A stretch of DNA of 64,000 nucleotides from Terriglobia bacterium (GTDB lineage Bacteria > Acidobacteriota > Terriglobia > 20CM-2-55-15). The position numbers and the translations under genes were made by a program. This document shows positions 61,940 through 64,000 of this stretch, one piece after another (the first letter of the stretch is position 1; each line of letters begins with the position of its first letter). The DNA lies in the NCBI GenBank assembly GCA_965198225.1, contig CBDAOY010000005.1, forward strand, positions 512,001 to 576,000, given 5' to 3'. Under the pieces are notes generated by a model that had not been told where the DNA came from, did not search any database, and saw nothing but the letters and a program-made list of their open reading frames with translations.

Positions 61940-64000
61940 ATGGGATGGCAGCATTTCTTCCTGATGTTCGTGGGCGCACTCGTTTCCGGGTGGGGATTCT
62001 ACTACCGGCCCTTCCCGCCGATTGCCACGATTCCCCCTTTCGTCATCATGGACATCTACTACCCCAATTCCCTCCTGGCCATCAAGGTCTGGTACTACGC
62101 CTTACCCGGTGTGGCCGTGTCGGGCGGAGGACTCATTCTGCTGTCCCTCTGGCGGGTCTATTTCGAGAAGTGGGGCCGAAGGGGTTCGGGCGGCGCGAAG
62201 CTCCCGGCGTGGCCGCTGGACCCGGAAGCGGACGGACCCTCAATCGTCGTCGGGGAGGTTCACCATCCGGTCGCCGTCCGCGAGGTCCGCCGCCCCCCCT
62301 GGCTCACCATTCCGGAGCGGGGACTCTATACCGGAGTCGCCATCTTCGGGGCCGTGGGATCGGGCAAGACTTCGGCCTGCATGCACCCCTTCGCCTCCCA
62401 GTTGCTCGGCTGGCGGGCCGGGGATCCGGAGAAACGGGCGGCGGCCCTGGTACTGGAAGTCAAGGGCGACTTCTGCCATGACATCCGCAAGATTCTGGCC
62501 GGGACGGGGCGCGGGGAGGATTACCTCGAGTTGAGTATGGACGGGCGGTGGTACTGGAACCCGCTCGCCGCTCCATGGCTCGATTCCTACTCGCTGGCCT
62601 ACACCATTTCCAGCCTGCTCAACCAACTCTTCGGCAAGGGCAAGGACCCGTTCTGGCAACAGGCCTATACCAATCTCGTCCGCTGGATTATCGAGCTGCA
62701 CCGGGTGTTGCCCGGAGGGTGGGTCACATTGCAGGACGTGTACCGCTGCACGATCAGCCCGGCCCTGCTGGCGGCAAGGATCGAGAAGGCCGAACAGGTC
62801 GCCCTGCGCGGGCAGGACGGCACGTTGCAAATCACGCGGAAGGCGTTCGCCAACGCCAAAGGGCTCGATGCCTGGAAATGGACCCCTATCGAGAACACCG
62901 ATTACACCGAGGCGGCGTATTCGGTGGAACTGCGGAACAAGCTGATCGAACTGAAGGTGAATTACGAAGAAGACTGGCCCCAAAGCGAAGGCGCGGGCCA
63001 GGAACGGCTGGAACTCGTGTGGGCGGTCCAGCGCTGGTACCGGGAAGACTGGATGAAGCTCGATAACAAGGTGCGGTCCTCGGTCGTTGAAGGGGTCGCC
63101 GTATTCCTGTCCATGTTCGACCTGCCCGATGTGGCCAAGGTGTTCTGTCCCGGCCCGCCCCAGAAATGGGACCCCGCGGTTGAGGCGAAACGGCGGGCGG
63201 CGGTCCCGGACCCGGACGACGAGATCACGAGCGGCGGCGGGGTGCTGGCAACTTCGATCAAGCGCCACTTGTCTCCCCTGGATGAACTGATCGAGAGCGG
63301 CAAGGTGCTGGCGCTCAATATGCCGGCCGGGGCCAATCCGGCGCTCGCCCGCGCTATCGGCGTCATGCTCAAGAACGCATGGCTCCAAACCCTGCTCCGG
63401 CGGCCGGCCCGGATGAAGCAATCCCCGCGGCACTACTTCCGGCCCGCCGTCTTTATCTGCGACGAATACCAGTCGTTCGCCTCGGTCGGCGAGGACGATC
63501 CGTCCGGCGACGAAAAGGCCTTTGCCCTCACCCGGCAATGCCGCGTCATTCCGATTGTCGCCACCCAGTCGATTTCCTCTCTCCGGTCGGTGCTGGGGAG
63601 CTCGGAGGCCTGGCGCACCTTGCTTCAAACATTGCGCACCCGGATCTTCCTCTCCCTGAGCGATGCCGCCTCGGCACGGATTGCATCGGAGTTGTGCGGG
63701 CAGGTGGCCAAGATCAAGGGGTCCTACACGCTCACCGAGTCGGCGAAGCGGGCCGGTATCTCCCCGCTCTCGGGACGGGCCGGTGGCGGCGCCGGGAACA
63801 TCGGCGCGAGCAAATCCTTTCAGGAGCGCCGGGAGGCCGTCTTCCATCCCCGGGACTTCGCCCTGCTGTCGAACTGCCAGGCCATCTGCCTCCCCTATGA
63901 CGGGGCGCAGTCGCTCGAACCCCGCCGCGTCTATCTCAAACCCCACTACCTGCCCCGGAACCATTCCTACTGGCGGCAACTCAGCGACGGGCAGCTATGA
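61940..64000 (+). CDS. type IV coupling protein (VirD4/TraD/TraG family)
   Basis: N-terminal TMs, Walker A GAVGSGKT, VLEVKGDF, Walker B FICDEYQ, VATQS, A..ASELCG. Confidence 0.9.
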   Translation: MGWQHFFLMFVGALVSGWGFYYRPFPPIATIPPFVIMDIYYPNSLLAIKVWYYALPGVAVSGGGLILLSLWRVYFEKWGRRGSGGAKLPAWPLDPEADGPSIVVGEVHHPVAVREVRRPPWLTIPERGLYTGVAIFGAVGSGKTSACMHPFASQLLGWRAGDPEKRAAALVLEVKGDFCHDIRKILAGTGRGEDYLELSMDGRWYWNPLAAPWLDSYSLAYTISSLLNQLFGKGKDPFWQQAYTNLVRWIIELHRVLPGGWVTLQDVYRCTISPALLAARIEKAEQVALRGQDGTLQITRKAFANAKGLDAWKWTPIENTDYTEAAYSVELRNKLIELKVNYEEDWPQSEGAGQERLELVWAVQRWYREDWMKLDNKVRSSVVEGVAVFLSMFDLPDVAKVFCPGPPQKWDPAVEAKRRAAVPDPDDEITSGGGVLATSIKRHLSPLDELIESGKVLALNMPAGANPALARAIGVMLKNAWLQTLLRRPARMKQSPRHYFRPAVFICDEYQSFASVGEDDPSGDEKAFALTRQCRVIPIVATQSISSLRSVLGSSEAWRTLLQTLRTRIFLSLSDAASARIASELCGQVAKIKGSYTLTESAKRAGISPLSGRAGGGAGNIGASKSFQERREAVFHPRDFALLSNCQAICLPYDGAQSLEPRRVYLKPHYLPRNHSYWRQLSDGQL

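Noticed and set aside
62240-63979. Long antisense or alternative-frame ORFs (62240..63979, 55730..57082, 44689..45534, 30386..31387, 10224..11141 and similar)
   Set aside because: Shadows of well-supported genes in high-GC DNA, with no motifs of their own.

Overview
A GC-rich, heavily rearranged accessory region. The gene families suggest an Acidobacteriota-like host (inference). It is a mosaic of five kinds of content. (1) A decaying integrated conjugative plasmid/ICE: VirB5-like x2, VirB6, VirB8, an uncharacterised 332-aa protein, a VirB11 fragment, an ssb-like ORF, RepA with iterons and ParA/RHH. These lie inside a ~20-kb segment bounded by 283-bp direct repeats. A second related transfer module with a VirD4/TraD coupling protein sits at the right end. 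(2) Many insertion sequences and remnants: IS630, IS1182, IS21, IS3, IS110, IS256, two identical inverted IS5 copies that inverted 6.8 kb and split hsdM, a Tn3 fragment and a Tn3-derived MITE. (3) Defence and TA cargo: OLD-type nuclease, SNF2+SWIM, FRG, a type III RM remnant with TIR and MNT-HEPN inserted, a type I RM remnant with an AlbA_2 protein, and four intact TA pairs. (4) An ORF-less group II intron inserted in an attC-like core site. (5) Scattered metabolic and secreted genes, including a Cache-Cache-cytochrome P460 fusion. The best candidate for an undescribed system is the pair of oriT-like sites, each following a homologue of the 332-aa protein. They share a conserved core and identical motif spacing but carry different repeat motifs (TGGAATA vs TGTTAC). 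No rRNA, tRNA or CRISPR array was seen. All family calls come from motif recognition by eye, not database searches.
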